Assembly (NCBI GenBank): GCA_964583985.1
Contig: CAZOYD010000018.1
Span: 5,240-57,514, forward strand
Length of the DNA stretch: 52,275 bases
Reading direction: 5' to 3'
DNA from: an uncultured archaeon
GTDB taxonomy: Archaea > Asgardarchaeota > Lokiarchaeia > Sigyniarchaeales > SOKP01
In this document: positions 41,183-51,285 of the stretch, piece after piece
Numbering within the stretch: the stretch's first letter is position 1
Layout: each line of letters starts with the position of its first letter
Notes under the pieces: generated by a model
The model's database searches: none
Told to the model about the DNA's origin: nothing
The model's input: only the letters and a program-made list of their open reading frames with translations
Position numbers and translations under genes: made by a program

Positions 41183-41791
41183 TTATAATGAATTTTTATA
41201 AAAATCATCGAAATATTTCTTTCCTTTTCGTATATCTCTTATCGATAAATTAATTCTAAAAGTTTTTTTGAGAAAACTTTTGAGAGATATAACTGAAGCG
41301 ACATAAATTATACCGCTAATGAAACTACTTGGAGATCTTATCATTAAAATGGACAAGAAAAATCCGAGAATTATGGATATATTCAAGAAATAAGCAAGAT
41401 ATAACCTTTTCTCATAAAATTCTATAAAATTCTTCCTTTTAAGTGATTCGTAGCATGTGCAACAAATTAATGGGATCTCGATTCTAAACTTTTCGTGTAC
41501 ATATAATTTTTGGATAATAGTTAACATTCTGTCAATTTGACTTCCACAGAGATTGCACTTAAACCCAATCATTCCTATTCTATCAGCTTCAATTTTATCA
41601 ATTTCTGTTTTAGGAAAGAAACACTCATCATTGGAGTAGTGAATACATGTTTTACAAGTTAATTCTTTTTCCATTTGCATTTCCTGTTCCCTAGTTTTAG
41701 CCGGCATGACAAAAAAAGGGTAATTTGTATGATATTGACATATAACTCGTCCTTTCTCATCAATTTCAAAAGTAGGTTGTATTATCGACAT
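41183..41791 (-). CDS. Cys-rich (zinc-binding) membrane protein
   Basis: CQYH, CKTC.H...C, CNLC, CCTC, then two TM segments. Confidence 0.75.
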   Translation of the reverse strand: MSIIQPTFEIDEKGRVICQYHTNYPFFVMPAKTREQEMQMEKELTCKTCIHYSNDECFFPKTEIDKIEADRIGMIGFKCNLCGSQIDRMLTIIQKLYVHEKFRIEIPLICCTCYESLKRKNFIEFYEKRLYLAYFLNISIILGFFLSILMIRSPSSFISGIIYVASVISLKSFLKKTFRINLSIRDIRKGKKYFDDFYKNSL

Positions 41792-41878
41792 TTTTATTTC
41801 TTAATTATCCTAAAGTAATTATAAATTGTTTTAGATTAATTATTTATTTGTAATAGAAATTAAGAAAGATGATTTTTA

Positions 41879-44674
41879 ATGACAATCAAATCAATGAAAA
41901 ATTATAATATTGATCATGTTTTATCAGAAAACATTGATGAATTATTATACATAGTAAATAAAGATTATACCTGTGAATATATCAATACTAATTATCATAT
42001 GAAGAATTTGGGATATTCTTCATTGTGGAAAAACTTTACTGCCTTTTTTCATGATCAAGATTTTAAAAAAATCTCCAAGTTTCTTAAGAGATTGTTCAAT
42101 GGTGAATCATTCGTTGAACAAGCAAGAATTCTTTCTAAATCAGAATATCAATATTACGAATTAAAAGGTAAAAGATTCTTAGATGAAAATAATGAAGAAA
42201 AATTATTGATAATCTGCCGGGATATTAGCAAGTTTAAAGAGGCGGAAGAAAAATGGATTAATCGGCATGAACGTCTCAAGAATGTTGCGTATAAATTACC
42301 TGAAATCAGATATTGGAATTTATTACAGTCAAAAAGCATTAAAACTGATTTTCAAAAAACAAGAGAAATGTTGGATCTAGTAATTGATAATATACCTCAA
42401 CTTATCTATTGGAAAGATATCAATCTACAATATTTAGGTTGCAATATCAATTATGCATTGGTTAACCATTTAGAAGATCATTCATCTCTAATTGGAAAAG
42501 CTGATAAAGATCTGATATGGCCAAGAAATAATTTAGCTCACATCAAAGAAAGTGAAGAAAGAATTATTAAGAATAATAAAAGTGAAAGATCTATAGAATC
42601 TTGGTTATTTGATGAAGAAGAAAAGGTATGGTTTGAAGTTAATCGGATTCCTTTGCATGATCTAAAAAATAATGTCATTGGTATTCTCTCAACTTATAAT
42701 AATATTAGTGAGAGATTAATTGCGGAAAAACGGATTAAAGAGTCTGAAAAACGATATAGCAATATTTTAGAGAGTATCTCTGAAGGGTATTTTGAAACAG
42801 ACTTAAAAGGAACATTTAAATTCTGTAATTCGGCTTTATGTCAAATTTTTGGATACCCCAAAGAAGAAATCATTGGAACTAATTATGGTAAATTCGCTCA
42901 TCAAGATGATATAAGTAAATTATTTTCTGACTTTAACGAAGTTTATGAAAGTAAAATTAATAAACAATATCTAAAATATCGCACAATAAAGAAAAACGGA
43001 CAAGAGATTATTGTAGAATTCTCAGTTAATTTACATTATGACATGATGGAAGACATTATTGGATTTTTTGGTATATGTCAAGAAGTTACTGAAAAATATA
43101 GATTAGAACAAGAACTCAAGCGATCTGAGGAAAAATATAGACTTATATCAGAGAATGCCCATGATCTCATTGCTATTGTGAATACTAAGTTTCAAATTGA
43201 ATACATTAATGATCAACCATGTTTCAATACACTAGGATATAAAAGCAATGAATTAATTGGTAAATCAGTCTTTAATTTGGTCCATCCTGATGATTTAGGT
43301 TCATCTAAGAAAAGTTTAATTACAGGGTTAAAATCAGGCAAAGAGATTCTTGAATTACAGATAAAACATAAGAATGGTAAATGGATTTGGATTGATGCCA
43401 AAGGAAATCTATTTCAAGATACCGATGGGGATTTTAAAGGAATCGTAATAGGTCGAAATATAACAGAACGCAAACAATCTGAACAAGCACTATTAAACTT
43501 AAATCGAGAGTTGGAACAAAGAGTACTTTTACGTACAAAAGAATTAAAGGAGTCTGAAGAGAAATTTCGACATTTATATGAGAGTTCACCTTATGGAATC
43601 GTAGTAATGGATAATAATGGAATTATACTAGATATTAATTCTACAGTATCATTATTATTTGGTTATAGCAAAACCGATTTGATTGGTCAAAATTATGTTA
43701 AGCTCTTAAATATATACCCTGATGATACAATCTCTATGATACAACATATAAATGATTTAATATTCAAGAAAAAGGATCCTAAAATTAAAATAACAACAAC
43801 AAAAATATATAAGAAGGATGGATCTCTTTCTTGGGTGCAATCTGAGCTATCAAGACTGAAAATTGGCTCCGAAAATATAATTCAAATTATAGTACAAGAT
43901 ATTACTGAAAAAAAAATAGCTGAAGAAAAATTAAAAGAATCAGAAAGAAAATTGAGGGAACAAAACATTGAATTAAAAGAATTAGATAAATTAAAAACTG
44001 ATTTTATTAGCATAGCAGCTCATGAACTTAAAACTCCATTAATTTCTGTCGGTGGATATGTTGATTTAATTTTATTACGAGAAGAAGATCTAAAAATTGA
44101 AATAAAAGAAGATTTAGAACGTGTATTGAATAATGTCAGAAGACTGGAGGATTATATAAACAAGCTTTTGGATGTAATGAAAATTGATGCTAAAAAAATG
44201 ATATTAGAATTAACTCCTGAAAATATCTATGAACTTTTATCAGAAACAATCATTGATCTTCATTTTCAAATTATAAGTAAAAATTTAGAAGTTATTAATG
44301 AAATTGGTGATGATATTTATTTAAATGTGGATCGATTCAGGATCTCTCAAGTTTTTTCAAATATCTTATCAAATGCAATCAAATTTTCAAAAGAAATGGG
44401 GAAGATTGAAGTTTCGGCATATAATCAAGAAAATGAAATTTTGTTTAAAATAAAAGATCAAGGAAAAGGACTCACAGAAAATGAAATAAATAAATTATTC
44501 GGAAAATTTGTAACATTGGACCAAGATGCCGAAACATTCTCAACATTTGAAAAGGGGAGCGGATTAGGGCTATATATTGCAAAAGGTATAATAGAAGCCC
44601 ATGGAGGCAAAATTTGGGTGTTTTCTCCAGGAATTGATAAGGGTTGCGAGTTTCATTTCACAATTCCTATTTAA
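41879..44674 (+). CDS. Cytoplasmic multi-PAS sensor histidine kinase
   Basis: About five PAS/PAC repeats, AHELKTPL, NILSNAIKF, DQGKG, GSGLGL, HGGKIW. Confidence 0.95.
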   Translation: MTIKSMKNYNIDHVLSENIDELLYIVNKDYTCEYINTNYHMKNLGYSSLWKNFTAFFHDQDFKKISKFLKRLFNGESFVEQARILSKSEYQYYELKGKRFLDENNEEKLLIICRDISKFKEAEEKWINRHERLKNVAYKLPEIRYWNLLQSKSIKTDFQKTREMLDLVIDNIPQLIYWKDINLQYLGCNINYALVNHLEDHSSLIGKADKDLIWPRNNLAHIKESEERIIKNNKSERSIESWLFDEEEKVWFEVNRIPLHDLKNNVIGILSTYNNISERLIAEKRIKESEKRYSNILESISEGYFETDLKGTFKFCNSALCQIFGYPKEEIIGTNYGKFAHQDDISKLFSDFNEVYESKINKQYLKYRTIKKNGQEIIVEFSVNLHYDMMEDIIGFFGICQEVTEKYRLEQELKRSEEKYRLISENAHDLIAIVNTKFQIEYINDQPCFNTLGYKSNELIGKSVFNLVHPDDLGSSKKSLITGLKSGKEILELQIKHKNGKWIWIDAKGNLFQDTDGDFKGIVIGRNITERKQSEQALLNLNRELEQRVLLRTKELKESEEKFRHLYESSPYGIVVMDNNGIILDINSTVSLLFGYSKTDLIGQNYVKLLNIYPDDTISMIQHINDLIFKKKDPKIKITTTKIYKKDGSLSWVQSELSRLKIGSENIIQIIVQDITEKKIAEEKLKESERKLREQNIELKELDKLKTDFISIAAHELKTPLISVGGYVDLILLREEDLKIEIKEDLERVLNNVRRLEDYINKLLDVMKIDAKKMILELTPENIYELLSETIIDLHFQIISKNLEVINEIGDDIYLNVDRFRISQVFSNILSNAIKFSKEMGKIEVSAYNQENEILFKIKDQGKGLTENEINKLFGKFVTLDQDAETFSTFEKGSGLGLYIAKGIIEAHGGKIWVFSPGIDKGCEFHFTIPI

Positions 44675-44785
44675 AATCGCAATTTTTCCACTATAAACCG
44701 AAAAAATAGAAATTTTAAGTTGAGTTAGTATTTATAATCTAATTAAAAGAAATTATTTTTATTAAACTTCAAAAAATTTAAATAA

Positions 44786-46957
44786 ATGTCAACAATCATA
44801 ATTTCTGAAAAAAATAAAGCAGCTCAAGCAATAGCAGAAGCACTTGGAACTGTAAAAATAATTAACAAAGATAAATACTTAAAAATTTATCAAATTCCGT
44901 CTAGAAATCTGTATGTTATACCTTTAAAAGGACATATTTTAGAATACAAAAATTCGGACGAATTTAAGAGTTGGACTGGTTCCGATCCAAGAGAAATAAT
45001 AACTAATCCTAAAGCAATTAAGAAGGTTCCCATAAAATATACTAATAGTTACATTAATGCTTTAAAAGAATTTGGTAAAATTTGTAACCATTGCATCATT
45101 GGAACTGATGCGGATATTGAAGGATGTAATATTGGATTATTAGATGGACTTCCGTTTATAAAAAGAGTTAATCCTCACATTAATGTATCCCAGATGTGGT
45201 TGAGTTCACTCCAGAAAACAGAAATTATTGACAAATTTAATAATTTGATTCCACCTAAATATAGTTGGGCCGAACGAGGAGAAGCTCGAGCAATTATCGA
45301 TGCGATAATTGGTTTTTCTGCGACGAGAAAAGTTACAAACACGCTAAAATCATTCCTAACTAAATTTGGAGTTACATTTACCTCAATTGGTCGTGTTCAA
45401 ACCAGTTCATTATATTTAATGTATTTGCGTGAACAAGAAATCAAAAATTTCATATCTGAACCATATTTCACTATTGAATCCGTTTTACTTCATAATGTTG
45501 GAACATTTAAAGCATTTCACGCATCAAATCCTTTCATAAAAGAATTAGAAAACAAAGCTCGTGAAATTTATGAAAAAATTAAACATGAAAAAATTGCGTT
45601 TATCATCGATCAAAAAAAGAAAATAAATGTAAAAACACCACCATCCCCTTTGAACACATCAAAAGCCTTAGTATTAATAACTCAAAACCTGAAGATTACA
45701 GCAAATGCTGCATTGAAAACCATGAGTTCACTTTATTTAAACAAGCTTATATCGTACCCTAGAACTGATAGTGATGTTTATAAGAGTAATTTTGATCATT
45801 TAAACATTTTAAATAAATTAATTACTCATTCTCAATATGGACAATTTACCTCCAAATTATTTAAAGCAAAAAGAATACATCCAACACAAGGAAAAAAAGA
45901 TGAAGGAGATCATCCTCCGATTACACCTCTTGAAAGTGTAGAACTTATTGATTCAATATTTGAAAATGATTTACAAAAAAGGGTATATGATTTATTAACT
46001 AGGCACTATTTAGCGCTGTTTGGAGAAAATGCGACCGATTCCATCCAAGATTTACAATTAGAAATTAAGGAAGAACCTTTTTATTCTAAAGTTGTATCGT
46101 TGGTTAATGAAGGATTTTATGAAATTGCACCATTTTTAAAACAACATTATGATCATAAGATAGAAATTATAGGTAACAAAATTTCAATTAAAGAAATTAC
46201 ATTTAATAAAAAAGAAACTAAGCCTCCTCCACATTATTCCGATCCTTCATTACTTAAATTGATGGAAAAGAATCGCCTTGGAACAAAATCAACAAGACCT
46301 CAAATCATTAAAATCTTAAATACTCGCAAATTGATTAGTAGAACTAAGGGAACATATCATTTAACTGAATTAGGAACCTTTTTAATTGAAATGCTAATTA
46401 AGATTTGGCTCCCTTTCCTTAAACCTGATTTTACTAAAAATGTTGAAATTAAATTAGAAGAAATCCAAGATGGGATAAAAGGCATGGATGAAGTTATCAC
46501 AGAAGTAAAGAAAGAATTCTTAGAATTGTTTGATAAATTCATTAAAAACGAAAAAAGTATAATTAAATTACTTGAGAATTATGAGACTAAAAGCTATAAT
46601 TTAAAATCGACTACAGAAAATACCATTAAACAAACTACATCATATTGTCCTTCATGTAATAATCATCCCATGAAGTTTATTAACTTGAAGCAAAAGAGGT
46701 TCTTAGTATGTTCTGATGATAAATGTAAAAAATATCTGTCTCTTCCTAAAAAAGGAAAATTAACATTATTAAAATCTACTTGTTCAATTTGTAATTTTAA
46801 TATATTTAAAGTATATTTAAGAAAAAATAATGTCCCTTTTAACTATTATTTCTGCCCAAAATGCTGGAATGAAGGATTATCAGAAAGAAATGGAAAAGGG
46901 TTTTGTTCAGGGTGTGAAAATTTTTTTATATCTGACAATAAATGTCTAAAAAGATAG
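44786..46957 (+). CDS. topA: Type IA DNA topoisomerase (TopA/Topo III) with C-terminal zinc fingers
   Basis: SEK, DADIEG, GRVQT, ISYPRTD, HPPITP, GTKSTR. Confidence 0.93.
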   Translation: MSTIIISEKNKAAQAIAEALGTVKIINKDKYLKIYQIPSRNLYVIPLKGHILEYKNSDEFKSWTGSDPREIITNPKAIKKVPIKYTNSYINALKEFGKICNHCIIGTDADIEGCNIGLLDGLPFIKRVNPHINVSQMWLSSLQKTEIIDKFNNLIPPKYSWAERGEARAIIDAIIGFSATRKVTNTLKSFLTKFGVTFTSIGRVQTSSLYLMYLREQEIKNFISEPYFTIESVLLHNVGTFKAFHASNPFIKELENKAREIYEKIKHEKIAFIIDQKKKINVKTPPSPLNTSKALVLITQNLKITANAALKTMSSLYLNKLISYPRTDSDVYKSNFDHLNILNKLITHSQYGQFTSKLFKAKRIHPTQGKKDEGDHPPITPLESVELIDSIFENDLQKRVYDLLTRHYLALFGENATDSIQDLQLEIKEEPFYSKVVSLVNEGFYEIAPFLKQHYDHKIEIIGNKISIKEITFNKKETKPPPHYSDPSLLKLMEKNRLGTKSTRPQIIKILNTRKLISRTKGTYHLTELGTFLIEMLIKIWLPFLKPDFTKNVEIKLEEIQDGIKGMDEVITEVKKEFLELFDKFIKNEKSIIKLLENYETKSYNLKSTTENTIKQTTSYCPSCNNHPMKFINLKQKRFLVCSDDKCKKYLSLPKKGKLTLLKSTCSICNFNIFKVYLRKNNVPFNYYFCPKCWNEGLSERNGKGFCSGCENFFISDNKCLKR

Positions 46958-47014
46958 TATTAAAATTATTAAACTAATATTTAATCTAAATGGTTATTAC
47001 ATTATTGATGATAT

Positions 47015-47557
47015 ATGAATAAATTTGCGTTTATATCAGGTTTACTCACATTACTTCTATCATTTTTTCAATTCATTCCTTTAGGAATTATCTTTGGTTC
47101 TACTGGTTCAATGTCAAATTGGCTATTTACTTATTTTGGTTTAAATAATCCTTTTATGAGCTATTATTCAACAATTTCTCTTGAACTAATGACGATAGGA
47201 AATTATCAAATATTTTTATGGGGGATTTTATATAATGGAACGTTATATACTTGGCTTGAAGTTCACATGATATCGTTTGTATTCTTATTTTTATTTTCCT
47301 TTATAGCAATTATCACGACTTTCATTGCTAGCGGGAAGGAAAACAAATTAGGCAAAAGAATGGCTATCCTCAATTTAATATTTATTAGCGTAATAATTGG
47401 TTATTTTCTTGTTGGAATTCCTTTTTATAGCAATATAATTACTGGTATAGAACTTGGATATTTTGGCATATTTTTTTATTTAAATTTTGGATTTTATATC
47501 TTATTGTTAGATCTGATTTTATCAATCATTTCTCCGATAAAACATCCAATGAATTGA
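47015..47557 (+). CDS. Four-TM membrane protein
   Basis: Hydrophobic; IFLWGI and FGFYIL motifs are shared with the next gene. Confidence 0.75.
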   Translation: MNKFAFISGLLTLLLSFFQFIPLGIIFGSTGSMSNWLFTYFGLNNPFMSYYSTISLELMTIGNYQIFLWGILYNGTLYTWLEVHMISFVFLFLFSFIAIITTFIASGKENKLGKRMAILNLIFISVIIGYFLVGIPFYSNIITGIELGYFGIFFYLNFGFYILLLDLILSIISPIKHPMN

Positions 47558-47571
47558 GGTAATTATAAAAA

Positions 47572-48045
47572 ATGGCAAGAAAATCAGGAATTATTGGGGG
47601 GATTATTGGATTTGTGTTGGCTTTAATAGCAGAAATACCGATATATCAAAATATTGTGATTTCTTTAAAGATATATAGTTTCAAATCGACAGAATTTTAT
47701 ATATGGGGTATTGTCTTGAATAATGGGGAAGGATTTGGCTTATTAAGATTAATTTTTCCAGAAAATATCATAGCATTGACTTTCTGGCTAATTTTAATAT
47801 TCGTTAGTTTCAATTCAATATTTGCTTCACCCAAAAAATCAAATCCAAGAAATTCTCTAAAATTATATAATCTAAATACCTTACTTACATCAATTTTACT
47901 CATAGTTTACACTATCCAGATTATAATAACTAATTTCTCCAATATAGGAGCTACTTTCTTTAATATTGGAATAGGGTATTATCTATTAGCTTTAATTTTA
48001 GTGCTTAATATGATGTCTAAAAACACCCTAAAAAAAGGAGAATGA
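47572..48045 (+). CDS. Four-TM membrane protein, probable paralog of the upstream gene
   Basis: FYIWGI and IGYYLL motifs; GAGGT SD. Confidence 0.75.
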   Translation: MARKSGIIGGIIGFVLALIAEIPIYQNIVISLKIYSFKSTEFYIWGIVLNNGEGFGLLRLIFPENIIALTFWLILIFVSFNSIFASPKKSNPRNSLKLYNLNTLLTSILLIVYTIQIIITNFSNIGATFFNIGIGYYLLALILVLNMMSKNTLKKGE

Positions 48046-48049
48046 GAAA

Positions 48050-48412
48050 TTAATCCGCATTAAATTTAAATTTATTATATGCTGCTCTGGTTAAGCCTAC
48101 ATAATTATCCGATATTTTATAGTACATTTTACCATCAATGACTTGTCGTTCAACATAATCATTTTTTAAAGAGTGATTTAGCGAAATTACCATTGTTCCT
48201 AGGGTAACAGCACCCATATATTGTTGTTGCTTTTTTGCTAATCGGATTAAATCTAATTCCGAGTGCCAATTTCCATCTAAAAGCCCCATTAATATTTCTT
48301 TCTTAACTGGTGTTTTAATGTCTTTTATTTTGTTAAAAAGTTGGGAAAAATCAGGCTTATAATACTTCTTTAATAATTTAGTTTGTTCAAAACTATTGTT
48401 CAAATTTTCCAT
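48050..48412 (-). CDS. Winged-helix protein
   Basis: KKEILMGLLDGNWHSELDLIR...YVERQVIDGKMYYKI. Confidence 0.7.
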   Translation of the reverse strand: MENLNNSFEQTKLLKKYYKPDFSQLFNKIKDIKTPVKKEILMGLLDGNWHSELDLIRLAKKQQQYMGAVTLGTMVISLNHSLKNDYVERQVIDGKMYYKISDNYVGLTRAAYNKFKFNAD

Positions 48413-48472
48413 GATTATAGACTAAAAATAATTATTGTTATGAATAATATCAGAATAATATTTTTAATGAAA

Positions 48473-48497
48473 TGTAATACGCTTGTAATACGTATTA
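48473..48497. promoter_or_regulatory. TGTAATACG direct repeat overlapping palindrome TAATACGTATTA
   Basis: Copies at 48473 and 48484; palindrome 48486-48497; upstream of the wHTH gene. Confidence 0.45.
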
Positions 48498-48516
48498 ATA
48501 ATATTTTAAAGTGATT

Positions 48517-49629
48517 TCATAAAAGATTTTCAGGAATCCCTTCAGTAAAATATTTAGTTCGAGTAATCCAATTATTTGAAAATTCTGGAATCATTGCTAA
48601 AATTGATCCCCCCACCCAAACGGAAAATGTGCGCTCACTAGGGGCAATGATTTTTATTGATTGATTTTTCTTCTTTCTTCTGGCTAATTCAAGTTCTAAT
48701 TCTTGATAAATTCTCGATTTAATGTTAAGAAACATTGAAGAGCCACCAGATAAAAAAATGTTATTTAATAATTCTGGTCTAATATCTAAATCACAATTTT
48801 CAATTGAATCTAAAATTGCTTGAGGTAAAGGATCTTCTTCTAATTCGATTGAAGGATCAAATAATAGCTCAGGAACTTGAAATCTCTCTTTACTTAATGT
48901 AATTGTGGAACCATCTGGCAATGAATATGGCTTTTCATACTGTTCTAACCTCTTAAGATCTTCCTTATAATCTAAAGATACAAAACAAGCTTTTTCCTTA
49001 AGTGCTCTCACTAATTCTCTTCTGATCGAAGAATCTGCTGAAAACCCTATTTCTCCTAGAATCTTTTCCATGTACCTCGTTAATGTCCTTCCTCCGATGT
49101 CTAAAATGCGAATAGCATGCTCAAGCTTGTATCCTTCATAAATTGGTACAATTCGAGTTATACTATCTCCGATTTCTACTACTAAACCAGTTTGAAATCC
49201 ACCAGCGTAAAGAGTCAACATGGAATCAAGAACAGGATAAAACGCATTACACTGATATTGTTCTAAGAATAATTGGAACAACTTGATTAAATCTTGGCGA
49301 GGAAATAAGGGATGTATGGCAAATAAGACGTTTACCAAGCTTGGATCTACACGGAGGTTATAAAATATGTAATCCATGATTTTTTCAAATGAAACCCAAT
49401 CTTGAATTATACCCTTTTCAATTGGGTATTGAATCTTATATAATCCCAAGGATTGAATCTCATCACCAACATAAAACTCATCTTTAGATTTGCCATAATC
49501 AAAATCTATTTGATGATATTTTGGCTTACCAACCATTGTAAAAAATACTTGAGACGGAAAATCTTCTCCTGCAAATCCTACCTTTGATGAAAATTGACCA
49601 ATATCTAATACTACTGTAAGGTTTCCCAT
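48517..49629 (-). CDS. Divergent Asgard actin-family protein
   Basis: VVLDIG..SKVGFAGED.P, YVGDE, YPIEKG, VPIYEGY, LKEKACFV, YSLPDG, ERF.VPE.LF, LSGG, SVWVGGSILA. Confidence 0.96.
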   Translation of the reverse strand: MGNLTVVLDIGQFSSKVGFAGEDFPSQVFFTMVGKPKYHQIDFDYGKSKDEFYVGDEIQSLGLYKIQYPIEKGIIQDWVSFEKIMDYIFYNLRVDPSLVNVLFAIHPLFPRQDLIKLFQLFLEQYQCNAFYPVLDSMLTLYAGGFQTGLVVEIGDSITRIVPIYEGYKLEHAIRILDIGGRTLTRYMEKILGEIGFSADSSIRRELVRALKEKACFVSLDYKEDLKRLEQYEKPYSLPDGSTITLSKERFQVPELLFDPSIELEEDPLPQAILDSIENCDLDIRPELLNNIFLSGGSSMFLNIKSRIYQELELELARRKKKNQSIKIIAPSERTFSVWVGGSILAMIPEFSNNWITRTKYFTEGIPENLL

Positions 49630-49692
49630 AATTTTTTTTTAAGTTGTATAAGCCAAGTTGTATATTATATCAAAGTTATGCCTTATAAAATT

Positions 49693-50439
49693 TTATACCA
49701 TAAGTAATTTTAATGGAGTATAGGTCGTTTCAGGAATATAAGCCTCCCCGAAGGAGGAATTTATTTCATTTCCACGTAAAATCGCCGTATCTTCTGCCCA
49801 ATCAATAACTCGATCCAAAACTTCTTTTTGTGAAGCATAGACTTCATTAAAAATGGTTTTCTTGCGATTCCAATAATTTTCAATATTTACTATTACAAAT
49901 ACGGATCCTTCAATGTATTCGAATTTACATGAAGGTGATTCATAATAATATACACCAAAAGGTATCCAATTCTTTCCATGACCACCATAAGCTTTTCCAG
50001 AAGCGCAGTGATAAATAGCTTCACGAGTAATATATGAAAGATTTCGGTGTACTCTGTGAAAATCAGAGAAATGAGGCATTAAAATGACTTGTGGTTGATA
50101 CTTTCTTATTAAGTTAGTAATTATGGATATTTTTCGGCGAGTTATCTGCATATCTTCATAATTTAATTCTATAATTTCACAATTCAATGCCTTCTTTACT
50201 TGAATTAGTTCTTCATGCCGCTTTTTGGTTATTTCATTTTTCTGTGAATCTTGAGCATAACCCCCCAAACCACTAGTACATACTACAACAATAATAGTTG
50301 ATCCTAATTCTTGGTATTTAAGAAGAGTTCCTCCACAAGAAATTATCTCATCGTCAGGGTGACCAGCAAAAACTAAAATTCTTTTTGGAATTACAATAGG
50401 AATTTCATTATCACAAATTAAGTATTGAGCATCGTTCAT
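49693..50439 (-). CDS. PIG-L/LmbE family deacetylase
   Basis: AGHPDDE...GGTL, PH.SDFH.VH. Confidence 0.9.
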   Translation of the reverse strand: MNDAQYLICDNEIPIVIPKRILVFAGHPDDEIISCGGTLLKYQELGSTIIVVVCTSGLGGYAQDSQKNEITKKRHEELIQVKKALNCEIIELNYEDMQITRRKISIITNLIRKYQPQVILMPHFSDFHRVHRNLSYITREAIYHCASGKAYGGHGKNWIPFGVYYYESPSCKFEYIEGSVFVIVNIENYWNRKKTIFNEVYASQKEVLDRVIDWAEDTAILRGNEINSSFGEAYIPETTYTPLKLLMV

Positions 50440-50535
50440 TATGTATTAATCTTAATTTAAGATAATAAAGATTTATATTTAGTAGAAATTATATGAATAA
50501 AATAGAAAAATCAACGTAAAAAGAAATCCGAGAAT

Positions 50536-51285
50536 TTATTCTCCTCGCATGATCTTTTTTAATCGATTTAACTCCTCTAGCATCTCATCTCGAAGTGAAC
50601 TTAAACCACCACCAGTTTGAGGGGCTGATGGAGCACTAGGTCTACCAGGAGGACTTGTTGGAGCTGCTGCAGAAGTCGGGGGTGGAGCTGGTCTTTTTGC
50701 AAATGAAGGTGTTTGAACTGTAGCACCCCCAGGAGCTTTAGGTGGACCACTTCCAGGAGTTGGTGGTAATTTTGGAGCTGGAGGTAAATTAGATCTAGCT
50801 GGAGGTCCTGCAGTCGGTGCTTTAGGGGGACCTGCTGATGCCATTGGAGCTTGCGGTGGACCACTTCCACCTGGTGCTCTTTGTGGAGGACCCCCTTTTG
50901 TAGGTGGACCTGATGCAGTTGCAGTCGGAACCGCAGGTAAACTCTGAGCAACAGTAGGTGCTGAAGGAGCTGATGGCGCTGAAAGAATCGAAGGAGCTGA
51001 AGGAGCTGAAGAAGACCCACCACTGAGTAAATTAAATAATGTGCTGGCAGCTGCTGTTTTTGCTTGCACGGGTGCTGTTCCAACAACTTTTTTAGAAGAA
51101 GTACTAATAGTTTGAGCTTGTGGTGCAATTTCAACTTCCTTTAAATCTTTTAAAGCTTTATTTAATGATTGAATGAAATCATTTAACCCCTTTACAGTCT
51201 CTTCAAGGTCATCTGATAAAGATTGTAACCCTTTTTTTAAAAAACTGATGACGCGTTCTACCTTTTTTTGTTCTTTAGGAACCAA
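50536..51285 (-). CDS. Proline-rich protein: N-terminal coiled coil, Pro-rich linker, C-terminal amphipathic helix (VASP/WH2-like)
   Basis: Six GPP repeats, SAP repeats, LPPAPKLPP, PAPPP; ends LRDEMLEELNRLKKIMRGE. Confidence 0.75.
   Translation of the reverse strand: MVPKEQKKVERVISFLKKGLQSLSDDLEETVKGLNDFIQSLNKALKDLKEVEIAPQAQTISTSSKKVVGTAPVQAKTAAASTLFNLLSGGSSSAPSAPSILSAPSAPSAPTVAQSLPAVPTATASGPPTKGGPPQRAPGGSGPPQAPMASAGPPKAPTAGPPARSNLPPAPKLPPTPGSGPPKAPGGATVQTPSFAKRPAPPPTSAAAPTSPPGRPSAPSAPQTGGGLSSLRDEMLEELNRLKKIMRGE

Noticed and set aside
50601-51134. 177-aa alternative-frame ORF rich in L/Q/H
   Set aside because: Shadow frame of the GC-richer Pro/Ala coding sequence.
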